This document shows, in pieces, positions 25,340 through 39,481 of a DNA stretch of 64,000 nucleotides. The stretch comes from Gonapodya sp. JEL0774. Its lineage: Eukaryota. Under the pieces are notes generated by a model. That model searched no databases and had not been told where the DNA came from. It was given only the letters and a program-made list of their open reading frames with translations. The stretch covers positions 1-64,000 of the forward strand of contig JADIIX010000014.1 of NCBI GenBank assembly GCA_027604505.1, given 5' to 3'. Made by a program: the position numbers and the translations under genes. Every line of letters starts with the position of its first letter. Positions within the stretch are counted from its first letter, which is position 1.

Positions 25340-27161
25340 TCATAAATTCACCATCTTCATCCCAATCTCATTATATCTGTCGCCCTTGATCTCGAACTCT
25401 TTCAGTATAGTCTCGATCTTGGTGAGGTCCTCCAAAGTGAGCACGACGTCGGCAGCCTGAAAGTTCTCAGCCAGGCGGTTTAGCTTGGTTGTCCCGGGAA
25501 TGGGAAAGATATCTTGGACGCCAGATAAAGTAATGAGTATCCGTCTAATTCGCTGCAGCCTCGAAACTCACCTTTCCCTTTGCTTAACACCCAGGCGAGC
25601 GCAAGTTGAGCCGGGGTGCATCCCTTCTCTTTCGCAAGCTCTGCCACGAGGTCAACCAGTTGGAGGTTGTGGGCGAAGTTTGCGGGATTGTTGAATCTGG
25701 GTACTGTTCGCCTGAAATCGTCTGAGGTGCTCATTGTGGTGAAACTGACTGATCGCATAATTTATCAGCATTCTTCTGTACCCACTCGGAGGGAGATCTT
25801 CCAGGCGGCGAAACTCGCCAGACAGGAAGCCGTGACCAATCGGCGAGAAGCTAGAAATCAGTCAGCAACCAAAGTTATGAATAGAAAAGAGGGACTGGAA
25901 AAGGGTGTCGCCATAACTGGCACAAAGGCGATCCCTAACTCTCTGCACGTCGCTAAAACACCATTCTCCTCCGGGTCGGTCCAGAACCTGAAATGTAGGA
26001 AGCGTCGAGAAACAAGGAAGTAGCAGAATACCAAGTAACGTACATGGAATATTCTGATTGGACGGCTGTGATTGGATGCACGTTATGCGCTCTAAGGAAG
26101 ACAATCAATGCTGACACTCACTACTAACAGGTAGCGGCTCACTTCAGTAGTCTCACCTCCTGATTGTGGTTGCCGACGCCTCGGAGAGCCCAACGTACTT
26201 GATCTTACCCTCCTCCACGAGCTCCTTCATCGCACGCATGGATTCTTCGATCGGCGTCTGCACATAAAAGAGTGTTATTCTGGGGAACGACAGTTATCAA
26301 TGTCAGGAGATTACCTTTGGATCAACGCGGTGAAGGTAGAACCTGTTGTGTGGGTCAGATATCTGAAGACAGGAAGCACAAACGGTGCAATTTTCTCGTA
26401 CAGGTCGATGCAGCTTGTTTGAAGGCGTTCAAGACTTCCATTGCACTGAAGGAAGAGACAGTGAGCTCAGCTCTGATAGTCTGTTTTCTTTAGCAATAGT
26501 GCTCACCGCGCGCTTGATGTTCTCGTACGATCCGTCAACACCCAAGGGTCTCAAAGTGACTGGTTCAATTTTGAACCCGCACTTCGTCTAGAATATCGCA
26601 ACAAAACAACATGAACATGGAAGCAATACGGATTGCGAGGTTCACTTACGGCAACGAAAAATTTCTCCCTGCCGTATTTCTTCATCGCCTTTCCCACGAT
26701 ACTCTCGTTCGTGTGGGGACCATAAATCTCAGCTGAAAGAATGTAATATTAGACATTTGTGTGATTTGTGCGGATTTGGTGAATAAACCCACCAGCTGCC
26801 GAAAAGGTTCGATTTAGGAAAATGAGGACTTTGGTCAGAAATTGTGGTAATACTGGGCTCCGTATTACTCACTGTCAAAGAAATTACATCCTAGGTCCAA
26901 GGCCTCACCAATGAGCCTTACAGCGTCGTCCTCAGGTATTCCGATCCCTGTGGCAAACGTTTGGATTAAATTTCCACACTACCATGAAATGGAGAACTCA
27001 TCCTACCTATTCCAAAGCTCATGCCCATGCAACCAAGTCCTTTCAGCCACGTGGCGAGAAGGACCGTTAAGGAGAGAAACATCAACATGTGAACGCGAGA
27101 CATTACCAATACGGGTAACCTGAACCCCAGTACGAGCAAACTCCGATTTAGGAAGCGGCAT
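25340..27161 (-). CDS. Aldo-keto reductase (AKR13/YakC-like), multi-exon
   Basis: [61 protein letters not shown] and [14 protein letters not shown] across the exons. Confidence 0.93.
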
Positions 27162-27371
27162 TGCAACTGATGTGATGATATTTAGTGGGAAAAGGTGAGC
27201 TTTAAACGCGGGGATTCCCATTCGGGGGTCGGTGAAAACATTTCGCCGAAACGCCGAAGGCCGTCGGCGCCTGCATGCTTTGGATACACGGAGTACTTTA
27301 ACCCCCCTCATCTCAACTCTCATCACACTGAGTCTCTTAGAACTTGCAACTCGGACAAAGCGTTCCCTCAA
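27162..27371. promoter_or_regulatory. ~210-bp bidirectional promoter with a CGG/CCG inverted repeat
   Basis: Lies between the two divergent AKR start codons. TCGGTGAAA-ACA-TTTCGCCGA (27229-27249) is a 9-bp-arm inverted repeat with one mismatch, followed by CGCCGAA repeats. Confidence 0.55.
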
Positions 27372-29494
27372 ATGTCTTCCGAATCGAAAATGCAGTAGTG
27401 AGTTGAGGCTTTCTGTTATCTGCGAAATGAATCCCTGTTCGTTTTCACTTCATGATAATTTCGACTTCACCACCGCTCAATCCAGTGTCCGACTGGGCAA
27501 TTCCGGTCTCCAGGTATCGCGAATCGCGCTCGGAATGATGAGTTTTGGTAGTTCCCAGTGGTCAAAGTGGACGTTGGAGGAGGAAGAGGCTCTTCCAATC
27601 ATCAAACATGCGGTGAGAAAAGACAACTTAATATCAAAACACTCTCCAGAAAGCTAATGTTTCGTCGTGGAGGAAGTGGGATGCTGGAATCAACGTAGGT
27701 CGACATGAACAGGTGTGTCTTGTGTGTGAGGGCTAACAATGTTTACCTGCACTTTCTTCTTCAGTTCTGGGACACTGCAAATGCCTACTCAAACGGATCC
27801 AGTGAAATTATTACTGGGAAAGCGTGAGTGGCCTCGTACCGCTAAGATTCAAAATTCGTGACGCGTCATCCCTGCTGTGGCATTCTCTATGTTAGTATCG
27901 TCAAATACAACATTCCCCGAGACCGACTGGTTATCGCCACCAAGGTCTTCTTCCCAACCGATGAAAACAATCTCTCGTACCAGGGAGCGCTAGACATGGC
28001 CAGGCCAATCGACCGCCACACGGTGAATCGTGGGGGTCTGAGTAGGAAGGTACGGACATGTCGTTGCGTTGGGACTGTGCTCAGCGATTAGCTTTCTAAC
28101 ATGTCTTGAAAAGTGCATAATGCAAGAAGTGGACAAAAGCCTGAAGCGATTGGGGACAGACTAGTACGTCACACCGCTACTTCTCGCGTCCGTCCAAAGC
28201 TCATGCGACTCCCAAATTCAGTATTGATCTCCTGCAGATCCATCGGTGGGAAATTTTTCTTCGGCTTCTAAAGAGAGAAACTCAATGGTTTCCAATCTCA
28301 GCTGGGACAGCAACACGCCGATCGAGGAGACCATGAGTGCCCTGCACGATCTCGTCACAGTGAGTCTCTCGCTATTGTTGGGTCTGGGCACCAAGGCCTC
28401 TCTAAAATGCTCTTACGTGACTGGCTTGACGTAGTCCGGCAAAGTCCGGTACATCGGGGCCTCTTCCATGTATGCTTGGCAATTCAGCAAGGCTCAGTAT
28501 GTAGCGAAGATGAATGGATGGACTCAATTTGTGACCATGCAGAACCACTACAACATGTGAGTGCCCTTTATTTGACACTGTGCTGCGGGCAATTCGAATG
28601 ACATGAAATTCCAACTCCAGCCTTTACAGAGAAGAAGAACGAGAGATGATTCCTGTAAGTCATCATAATTAGGCCGCAGCTTTTGATCTCACTCATTTCA
28701 AACTCAACACTCTTTCATTCGTTCGTTGTTCCAGCTTCTTAAGGACATGGTAGGTGTTTAAGGGTTCGTCGCTGCTTCAGTACTTTCCAAAGTAATAATC
28801 GTAATTTCAATCCTATCCTAACTCATGCAGGGTATAGGAATGTACGCTCAATCGCTTCAACAATGCAGTTTGGTAACACATTCTCGTATCTCCTCGTTCT
28901 AACGGATCATCCCGGCGATTCAGGATTCCATGGTCTCCACTCGCGTAGGCACTCAGAGTTTATTCGACTAGTCTATTTCTAAACTCCCGTCATTTGATCA
29001 GCCAAGGCGCCGTTGTGGGCAAGAACCGCACCACTGTCCGGAACACCACTGATCCCATTAACGCGTTCTTCGCCCAGAGCTACGATAATGAGATCATTGA
29101 TCGCATCGCCGAGATTTCCAAGAAGATGGGTGCCAGTCCGGCGCAAGTCGCGTTCGCCTGGGTGTGAGTCACCTTCTGGGCATCCGTCTCCTGAATTAGT
29201 GAAGACCTGACTTCCACCTCATACCCTGATTAGTCTCAGCAAACCTTACGTACACTCGCCTATCATCGGTGCGAGCAAGGTAAAATACATTGACGAACTT
29301 GTGGACGCGTTGACTCTCAAACTTTCGGATGAGGATGTGCGGTACCTGGAAGAACGTACGTACATGATGATTGTCCGAAGAATTCTCAGTATACTGATAC
29401 CTGTTCACTACTGTTGACTGATCATGCTTCGATGCACGCTCGTCCTACCAATCAAATAGTTTACCATCCCAAGAATATTGTAGGGCACAGTTGA
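27372..29494 (+). CDS. Aldo-keto reductase (aryl-alcohol dehydrogenase / YajO-like), many short exons
   Basis: [96 protein letters not shown] and SPIIGASK. Confidence 0.93.
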
Positions 29495-30023
29495 GGCACG
29501 TAGAAGCAGCCCACAGCCCAGCTTGATATCGAGCCCCACAATAAACATCCTTTATGAGAGATCCATGATTCTTTGGCGAAGCGTTTTGCAGCAGAGTCAG
29601 TCCCCAACTTTTCAAACGCGTAGTTCAGGCAGAAGAACGGAGAATATCCTACAACATTTATGGCGTTTGGTCACTCTATCCACATAGTAAACTATCTCAA
29701 TAACTGCTCCATAACATGAGCAAACATCTGTGTCAGCAACTTTGAATTTACCGGAAAGTCACTACCTATCACCGAATAAATAGTTTACTCTTCATCTCTC
29801 GATGGGATGATTATGGAGATTGGGAAAAGTTGCTTAACGCCTTGTTTTGTGTTGTTACAGAGTGTGATGACCCTTTGGAGCTTCCACAGGGTCCGCGAGT
29901 GATCGATTATTGGGACGGGTGTACTCTATGATCCACACCTCGACATATTCCTGAACTCACAATTGTTACTATATTCCAACACAAACGACAGCTAAACTCC
30001 CACGCCTCCTCAAAGTTCGTCTG

Positions 30024-32344
30024 ATGGACCCGTCAGGAAGACAACGGAGAGCGTGCGTCGTGACAATGTCTGGATAGTTCAACGCGTTTTATCACTCCAA
30101 CCGCACTCTTTCAATCAGCTGCGACTCCTGCTCGCTGAGAAAGGTGACATCTGATTGCGTTCTCTCGTGCGTCGCCTTAACGAGATCTTTGCTCTTGACC
30201 CAGGTAAAGTGCGACTTCGGCTCCCCGTGCTTGAAGTGTGCCTCTACTGGGCAGAAGTGCGAGTACAGGCGAGAGGTTCGTCGACGTGGGGTAGGTTTAG
30301 GAGTACGGCAATACGTTGTCTTGTAACTTTGATTGATGTCAGACTGAAGCCAGCAAAAGGCTCTGCCGCCTATCGAAAGGATCGACTGAAAGAGCTGGAA
30401 AACATTCTCGCCTCTCTGCTGTCGGAAACTGGGACGCCTTCTCCTCCACAATTGCCACTTGACACAGCGGCGGCTGATCAATTCACGTTGAGTTTGCTAG
30501 ACCTTATGCCAAGGACAATTCAAGCGGTACCGCCCTCCTTTCATAACACATCCAGCCTTGAGTCCTTAGACTACGAACTCTTTGGATTTATGGCGGAGCG
30601 ATCCGGCGTCCTTCCACCCCCGAACGACTCCTCAACGAACCCACATGTTTGCGAGACAACCCTCCCCAGTTTGAACAACAATTACACTGAATCCGTCGCA
30701 CAAAGTACTCCGCAACTTATAGGAGATGATTTTCTGCATCTTGAAATTCCCCAGTTGCTCAGCTGCGATATCCCGGCGGTGGATGTGGACCTCAGAACCG
30801 CCAGTGTTTCAGCCTCTCTTAGCGATGATGCCCTGGATGCGTACCATCGTTTCGTTGCGTGAGTGAACTACTTTCGACAAACGGATTGTTTTTGCAGTCC
30901 TAGCCTAAGGTGAGCTGTTAGACCCCTTTTACCCTGCGTCCATCCCCAGATGGCTCGTGAAGGCGCCGAATCTCCACAACTACTCTTCACCCTACGAGCT
31001 TGCGGGTATCCATACGCAATCTCGACAAAGGATCCCCCGGGTACACCAGACGCGGCACTTACATTTGTCCCTGAAGTCCGGCGCATTTTGTCAGACCTCC
31101 TCTTAGCACCGTCCCCAACCACATCGGACATACAGGCTCTCCTGCACGGAGTCTTCTTTCTCACCGGGATGGGAACGCCTCCGCTGTCGGTAGTGGACGC
31201 GCTCTTTGGTGGCTTGGTCTGCAAGTTGAAGCAGGCGCAGTTTGATAACGAAATGGCTTTGAACACGAGCGGACTTTCCTGGATGGAAAGGGAGACACGG
31301 ATAAGGATAGCCTGGTGCGTGTGGAGTATGGACAAGGTTTGTTCACACCTGATCTGTAATGGTGTACGCATGTCACTGTAACCGAACGTCCTCACCGCAG
31401 TTTTTCTGTCTCGCACTTGCACGAACGCCACTCATGGCTGATGAAATCATGTCCCACCTCCCGTATCCGTGCAAGGATGCCCTTTGGCTCTCAGCACCAA
31501 GACTTCCCATCGCTTCTCCTCGAGAATACCCTCAACCCTCCTCCCCGGAACTCCCGGGATTTGCAGCCTTCGTTCACCTCCAAAAAGTGCATGGATATAT
31601 GGCATGCCTCCTGGCACACCAGTATCGCCGACAAGGGATCCTAACGTCGCCATTGGTCCTGGATCCGATGAGGGCCCGGTCTGACGTTCTGAGGACCGCA
31701 GTTGCTCCCGAGGCATTTGGAGAGGAAGGTGTCGCATTCGAGACCCTGGTCGACAACGTAATGCGGTCTTTCGTAGCAGAGATGGTCGGATTGCTCATGA
31801 AATCTTCACCCGAGAGAGGTGACGGCCCTCGTTTCTTTGCTTTTAAAATCCTCGCCTATGTTGGTGGGTACCGCCATTTTACATGACAGAGTTGATTGAA
31901 CGTTACATGGTCGCAACTTGCGTTACACCTACAGCCATTACGGCTTGTTTTACCTCTGAATCAGGATCCGAAATGAGCGTGGCAAGCCTCAGGGCAATTC
32001 AGAGTGAGTTGTCTCAAAGAACTGGACCAAACTTCCAATCTTTGGTTGACCTTTTTGTCTGGCTTGCGCAGCGATTATTGCTGGCAGTCACGTCCCACCC
32101 AAACCCCTCGAACTCGGTTCACCGTACGTAGCGTACTTAGTAGCATACCTTGCCTTCAAAGCATCTGCACTTGGTCTCGCGGCTGAAGCACACTGGTTCC
32201 TTCTCGCACTCGAATCGTATGGCAGAACCTGGCCGATATCAAGGAATCTGGCCAGGAAGATTGCAGAGAGAGTACCTGGGATTGGGACCATTTCCGAGAC
32301 CCGAGAGGATCAAGGGGACTCTCGAGAGCTTGGAGGGACGTTAG
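30024..32344 (+). CDS. Zn(II)2Cys6 fungal transcription factor
   Basis: Spliced RRA-CDSCSLRK-VKCDFGSPCLKCASTGQKC binuclear cluster; middle-homology-like ETRIRIAWCVWSMDK. Confidence 0.85.
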
Positions 32345-34991
32345 AAGGACAGAATCAAGAAATGTTCGACAATTATATAGCATTCATGCTTGCAAAATTG
32401 AAAGTGGCCTGACATTTATTCGGAGGCTAGGCGCACCTGGAACCATCGTGTGTCAGATAGGAGATCAGAGGGATGCAGTGACGTACATAGCATTCGTATG
32501 TCATGCTTGCTATTCTCACAGACTGCCCATTCCCTTACCAAACATATTTCTCAGCATACGAGGAGTTCGAAGCAGATGGCCTTCGCACATGACCGTTCAA
32601 GCTCTTTTATCATGTGGGGCGAGTCTCAGAATGCTTCTTTGAAGGGATATTCGACCATCACTATGTTCGGCACGGAAAAGCACTCGCCTTAATACAGAAT
32701 GTGCCCTTTCAACATTGACGTTATGTACAGTAGTCCTTCCGGGTCCCAAAGTCTGCTTGATGGCGATTCCACAAGGAGATCTCTTGGCGACTCACTAGAG
32801 CTCACATTCTTGTGTTTCTGGACGAAAAAGCCTTCCCGTCCCCTTTCTCAACTACAGACTCACGCTGTCTAACTTGACAGTAGCTCGATTTCCAGAGAGA
32901 AACGGCGACAGGGAACAAGCCTCAATCAGAAACGCCATTTCTAGCATTGTTCGTATCGCAGTCATTTTCTCGAGAACTCTCTATTGTGGGCAGCTGTGAA
33001 TCAGCATGGACCCTAGGGCTGGTTACTATGTACTCTTGCTGCAGCTATCGGACATTGGTTCGAAAATTGTCAAAAGCGCCGGGCCTCCCCCAAATCTCTG
33101 GAGGTAACCGCACAGGCAAGCTCCAATGCACCAAATTCTGTTGGTAGTACTGTCAGGTCCAGGTCCCCGACGACCAAGAGCAAACGGAATACACTTCCAT
33201 CTACCCTCCGCAGCCAATCCCTCGTCCAAAGCGTGGACCCCAGTTCAACTTGAAATCTGTCTGGGAACTGCGTCGCACGGTGCCTTCAGTGGCACCCACC
33301 CTATCATTGCATATTCTCATCATATGACAGCACCACATGGAGGGGGCTCCACCCCGCTCGCACCAACAAATTTGTTCACACTCGTCGCTGCTGTATACAC
33401 CTCCTTCGCTTGTCTCCAAGATGTTCTCCTCTTTTGCTGTTCAGGTCATTCGCTCCCTTATTACAGACTCCTCGGACGACACATTCATTGAATCTGGTGC
33501 AAGAGGATTCGGACTTCAACCAACTTGATCCGGTCACATATTCTCACAAGTCAGACCCTTTTACATTTCTCCTTGCACACCAACACCGCGAGCGATTACA
33601 ACGATCGTGCACTCCTGGACCTAGCTGCTGCTCTAAAATCCCAACCCCCACAATGAAAACGAACCCTCCTTGCGAACCACGACCTCTTTGTCAATCTTCG
33701 CGCAAGTGTTCACGGGTCTCTTCGGCTCAACCCTCCCCTAATACGGTCAAGGCAGAGGCAATCTCTGACCCATGACCGCAACCAAAAAAACATGCAAGCG
33801 CAAGCAATTCATGCTCACTTCAGCTTCCGTGCTCGTGACCGCTCCGGACCTGCTGATTAGCTCTCCTCCGGCATCCTCATCCAGTGGTGCACTTCTCTCA
33901 TCCGCTCCATCGCAGGGCCCTGTGGTGGACTTCTCCGTATTTTACGACAATAATTCTCTCCTTTCACTTCTCCCTGAAACCATTTGCCGCCTTTGAAGGT
34001 GTCAGTCCTGCTCGACCAGGTCGATCACTCAGCGAGCTTGTGCCGGAGTTGGGCAATTACTTCGCCAACCGGAACCAGCGATCATTTGGGAGGCGATAGT
34101 GACGAGATGGTCGATAACGGACAAGGGGCCGTTTTATTCCCAGATGACGATTCAGATGGCGACGAGGGCGGTGACGGAGAAGAATATGGAGAGTAGGTAA
34201 GATGATGAAACCGGACAATGCTCTGGACTAGAGCTGATCCGATTACCCTTGACCTTGCTCGCCAGGTAACCGGAAGCCGAGCTCGCAGCTTTTTTTGCGG
34301 AAGCCGGCCTCACCGCTGCCGCGGCGGTGCTGCCCAGCGAGCAGTCACAAAATCCTCAACTCCAAGTGGTCATTGTTGCTTATGTATGTTCGCTGTTTCA
34401 TCGCTGTATTTTCCGTTTGCGTCGCATCAGATTCCCAGGGATCAGAAAGAACTAATTGTACGGCTTGCTTTTGGAGCACTCAGCTTCCTTGCGTGGTTGG
34501 GTTGGAACTCAGAAAAGAGTATTGACCGGAGAGATGCTTGGTGTCGCCGTGCAACGCAGTACATCGAAGCAGATCTATTCGCTATCGCTGAGGCATTCTT
34601 CTCATACTTTCAAATCAATCTAATTAAATTCTGGGCGAGACAGAATAACTTCGGCAACTACGAATCGCATTGTCTACAAACCCTTCACCCTAACCCTTTA
34701 CCCACTTCTCTATAGAAGCCCAGCAAAAACAAAAGCGGTCTGCTCCGAAACTTTTCACGGTTCACTTGCATATGTAGATGTCGAAAAGCACATTCTCTCC
34801 CTCCGGCAAGAACGCATGGGCCAATTTCATCAAAAGCCCCAAACTAGCTAAATTCAGCTGTAACTGAGATGGACGGCGTCCGTGGTGTTGTTGGAGACCC
34901 ACAGAGCTCAAATGAAGACACGGGGTGGGAACCGCATTGTGTGCCTTTGCATTCGCGATTCAGTTCAAAAACCAGATAACCGCACATCATA

Positions 34992-37120
34992 ATGAACGAG
35001 TTGCCACTCGAACTATGGGCTCAAGTGTAGGCGCCATTTGATCGCCGATTTGTCGGATACTCGAAGGACTGAACCTTTCGCATCCGTAAAACCCGATTTC
35101 TGTACAACAGAGTTCAAAAGCTCAAAGGGTTTCGCCAGGACAGGTCCGTTCTACTCAACCTAGCATGTTCTTCAAGGATGTTTTCCTTTTTAGCGGTGAG
35201 CTACTTTGTTCGTGAGGTCCTGCAAGTCCGTGTATGTACGTGGACCAACCTGTCGGGCATCCTTCAATTCACACAATGAACCGTGATCCGGCCAGGAACC
35301 ATTGCTATACTGGAAAATTGAACCTGTTGACGTGTATGAGATGGATTCTCTCTGCACGTGCCTGCAAATAACCACGAAAATGAGGCGACCCATGTGAGGA
35401 ATCACACTCAAATGAATCCTCATCACGACTCCCTTCCAATTCAAACTCACTTTAGAGCTATAAATCTCACAGCGCTTGGAGAGGACTTGGCTTCTTCTCA
35501 CATTGAAGCACTTCTTTCTCGATGCGAACTTGACAAGGTGCTCCTCCTGAAACTGCCCTTCTTTCTGCCTTATCCTTTCGATGCGCTCCAACAAAACACC
35601 GAACAATTGCCATTGGAGACGAGTCTGAATGATCACCCAAGATCTCGACTAGTGCGGCTCATGATGGATCTCGTCGCACGATCCAAGATGGTGTGGGCAT
35701 CGTGAAACTGAATCCAATCCCATTGTTTCATGCACGAGCCTAATCAAACTCCACTACTTCATTTTTTCTTCAGAAATGCCCTCTGGCTCCCGCATATCCA
35801 ACAGCTGAACCTCACGGACATTGAGGCCAACGCTGCCCTCCTGTCCTCCATCGTACACTTGCGGCACATTCGTCAAATATCCATTGGTTGTGTCCCGCTC
35901 GGAGTACCTGGTTCATTAAAGAAAACACTTGAGGGAATGCCTCATTTGGAAACGTTGGAGATAACTGAGTTCTCCGGAATCAGTTCGGATGATTTGGCAT
36001 GGTTGTCAACGACAACTGTTTTCTCTTTAAAATCAATGAGAATTGGGTAAGTAAATGAGTTTTACCGCTTTGACGGTGCTCGGGTTGTCTCCGTCCCATA
36101 AGCACCGCGTTTTCCATCTTTCCAGCAGCGTGAGCTCCTTATCTACCCCATCCCTACATGCTGCCCTGACCCCGCTCGTTCGAAATCACGCCCACACCCT
36201 CCGTCAACTCATGATCGTAGACGAATCGACGTACCAAAAGGGATTTTTGACATTTCTTTCCAAGGAGTGCCCAAGCTTGAAGAAGTTGGCGATTTTTGTT
36301 GGTGTGGTAGACGAGGAGGAGATTACCGCGTTTTGTTCCACGGTGAAGGGACTGGAGGCTTTTGTGGTTCAGGTGAGCAGAGCATAGATGACCTGTGCCA
36401 GCTTCTTCGAGAGATATCCAAATTCAAGGAGCGTTCGGGTTCGAAGCCCGTTTCCATTTCATCTTGAACTTGGCAACCCTTGTTTCTGGTGTATTCTATT
36501 CCAGTTTGCAGTAATACGTCCGTCTTCCCTTGGCTTTCTAGTCACAGCCAAACCTTCGGGATGCCCATCTCCTCTCCCTCCTTCCCAACAACCCTCACAT
36601 TACTGCCGTCGGTATTGCCGGCTCTTCTTGTACGGATGCGTCACTCGTTCCGCTGATCCAACGCCTCGGTCCACAGCTGCTGACCCTCGACTTGGAGTGG
36701 GTCCGCGGAATTACGGACGTGACGCTCGTGGAGATTGCCAAATGCGCCAATAGGTTAAAGGAACTGGACTTGGGTGGTGCGCACCCTTTTGTGACTGTAG
36801 ACGGATTGAAAGCTGTGTTTGAAGGGGAATCTGTGTGCGCAAGTGTTTTGGAGCAGGTCGGGATCACCAATTTTTCATGCTCTTCCAGTCGCCGAAGTGG
36901 ACAGGGAGCCATGTCGCACAGGGAAGTGATTGAATTCACTGAGACCGTCGCGGAACGGTGGGGCGGGAGCCACTACATGTGAGTACGTTAGCGTCACGAC
37001 TCCTTGTTCTGATCTTGAAGTTCTCTTCTGTTTTATGTTTATTTTCATCGACGTAGGATCTGGAGGGGATTTACCTGCCGAAAATACCCGGACTTGGCCC
37101 AGACGGACTATGAACTGTGA
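34992..37120 (+). CDS. F-box / leucine-rich repeat (RNI-like) protein
   Basis: N-terminal MNELPLELWAQV; LRR segments MPHLETLEI, CPSLKKLAI and ITDVTLVEIAKCANRLKELDLGG. Confidence 0.75.
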
Positions 37121-37730
37121 GCGGCTTGGCGTTCCTCAATCCTCCGACCCTCATTTTGACCCAAGGACTTCCTCTTGTCGGTGCTTCCTCTGCTTGTTTG
37201 GGCATCACAAAGAGCCTAGGTGACATTTTCATTTGATTTTTCGTCAGACGCGGCTCTACTGTCTGGGGTCACAGAGATTCCATTCGATGAATAACAGAGT
37301 GCTGGACAGCGCTGGTCACGAAAGCAGTCACCAAAGTCACCAACGCATGGAACCCGACTCACGAATAATTGTTGATTTATCATCGTTCGCGTAATATCAT
37401 TTTGTTGCAGCCCTCGTTTTGTGATTTGTGCACCCGCTGAGCCTCTTGCTGGTTGATCATGATCAACTGTTCTGGCACCGCCAAGCTCGGACCCCACGCT
37501 CCATACATAAAAAGTGGTTTCCACATCCGCTACCTTTGTCTTTGTTGTCAGTAAGAATAATATTTAATAGCAATCCGGCTTCTGACGGCTCCGTATTTCC
37601 CGTGGAAACGTGAGTTTTGAAATCGTCTATTATGTACAGGTTCTCCATTTACCACACGCTTGAGGTGCTGACAGACCAGTTCTTCATCCCGAAACCCAGG
37701 AGAGTAGTTCGGTCCACTTGATAAGCATCA

Positions 37731-38847
37731 ATGATCCTTCATCGGGTGATTCAGATATTCGGGCTGTTCCTGGCTACGGTGGGAGGAGTTTCAGCTCTGA
37801 GGACCACCAACGGCTCCCCGTCGGGTTCCGAGTGTGAGTTTTACAAGCTTGCTTCTTCGCTGAAACGCAATGCACGCTTTGTTTTACTTGCCATGTCCAA
37901 TCGTTGGGAGATGGAAACTGACGTTGTACCTCCTCGTATGCGTTTTCCTCACCAGTCATCGTTGGCGGTCGAACCGTAAACGCATCTTCATATCCCTACG
38001 TGGGGATCCTCGTTCAGTCATCGAATGATTCACTATCTACGTGCACGGGAACCCTCATACAGGCGAAACCGGTGCCAATAATTCTCACAGCCGCTCATTG
38101 TGGCAGTCGGGAGGACTTGCTTGTGAACAAAGTCGGTGCTGTCGTTGGAGTGGATGATTTGACCAAAAAATGTTCGGATAGGTGAGTCTGCACCTTTGCT
38201 GGAATCTAGCTTCTTGAGCTGAAACAAATGGTTGCATGGTCACCATTTCCTCGTCTAGATACCAACCTGGATGCCGTATCTTCCTAACCATCGATATCAT
38301 TCAGCATCCCGAGTACACGGGCACGGACAAGGAAGTGGACCTCACGGGCCACGACTTTGCTCTGTGGATACTTGCCCCAGCAAATTCTTCTCTCCCAATG
38401 ACCAACAAGGTCGCGCGCGTGAACCTGGACCCGCTCGTACCCCCCGTTGGTGCCAACTCTACTGCGGTTGGATGGGGTTTGACGAACCCTGGTGGCTCTT
38501 CGGTGGACAACACCACAGATGCAACGCGTCTGCAAAGTGTGTCACTGCAAGTTGCCCCACCGACTGTTTGTGAAGACGAGTACGGACTCAATGTAACCGC
38601 TCGCTCCACTATCGGCTGCCTTCTTGGAGGTGTGCATCGTTCAACATGTCAGGGAGACTCGGGCGGCCCACATATCTACAACAACACAGTTTGGGGCGTC
38701 ACCAGCTTTGGTTCCAGCACGTGTGATGATGGTAGTCCGGACGTGGTGGTTAGAACCAGTGGCGTGTCGTCGTGGTTGTTGGAGACGATCGAGCAGGCTA
38801 ACGAGGACGAAATCTACTTGGCGTGGCAAACATGGGACCAAACATAA
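37731..38847 (+). CDS. Secreted S1 (trypsin/chymotrypsin-fold) serine protease
   Basis: Signal-peptide-like N-terminus; CTGTLI, TAAHC (His), HDFAL (Asp), GWG, CQGDSGGP (Ser) and GVTSFG. Confidence 0.93.
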
Positions 38848-39481
38848 GGGGACTTCACACGGGAATAATAATCTTATGACGATCGAGAGGTGGACGTGGT
38901 ACCACACTATTTCATACATATTGATAGTGCTCTTATTGTTGCTAGGAGTAGACTTGAGTATGTACGTTGAGCAACACCGAATTACTCTCATCAATGCAAG
39001 CGCACTTCGACGATGAGCCAGTTGTGAGACGTTCCCCGGAGTGGACACCGACGGGAGAAGGGCGGGGCTTTGATTGATATAGAATTGGCACCACGTGAAT
39101 ACCGCAATTTACGTAAACTCCGTGAAAACAGAAAATCCTCTGGTTGTGCTCACAAAATGATGAGTTTCAAGTGATGTCTTGGTTTGTTCCTTTCGTCTTC
39201 GCAATAGTCAGTTGGTCCGGGCACCACCATTATCAGTGGTACAATACCCATCATCGTTGATTTCGCTTGCTTCCGATCGGAATAACAATCGCGGACCGGG
39301 CGTTTCTATATCTGGTGAGCTTCAAGTCACCTTCTCCGCGAGAATACGTACTCCGAATGGAGAGGAATCCATCGAAAGATGGCGTTCACACAGACACGCC
39401 AACTGTCGGATCATGACCGTTTGCAGAAGTCACTAATTTGTGTGAATCGATCACCAAGTGCCCCGTTCTGATTTCGAAACA

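Noticed and set aside
33400..34715. Possible gene (acidic DDDSDGDE segment and helical ORF)
   Set aside because: Fragmented frames with no recognisable domain; I could not build a consistent model.
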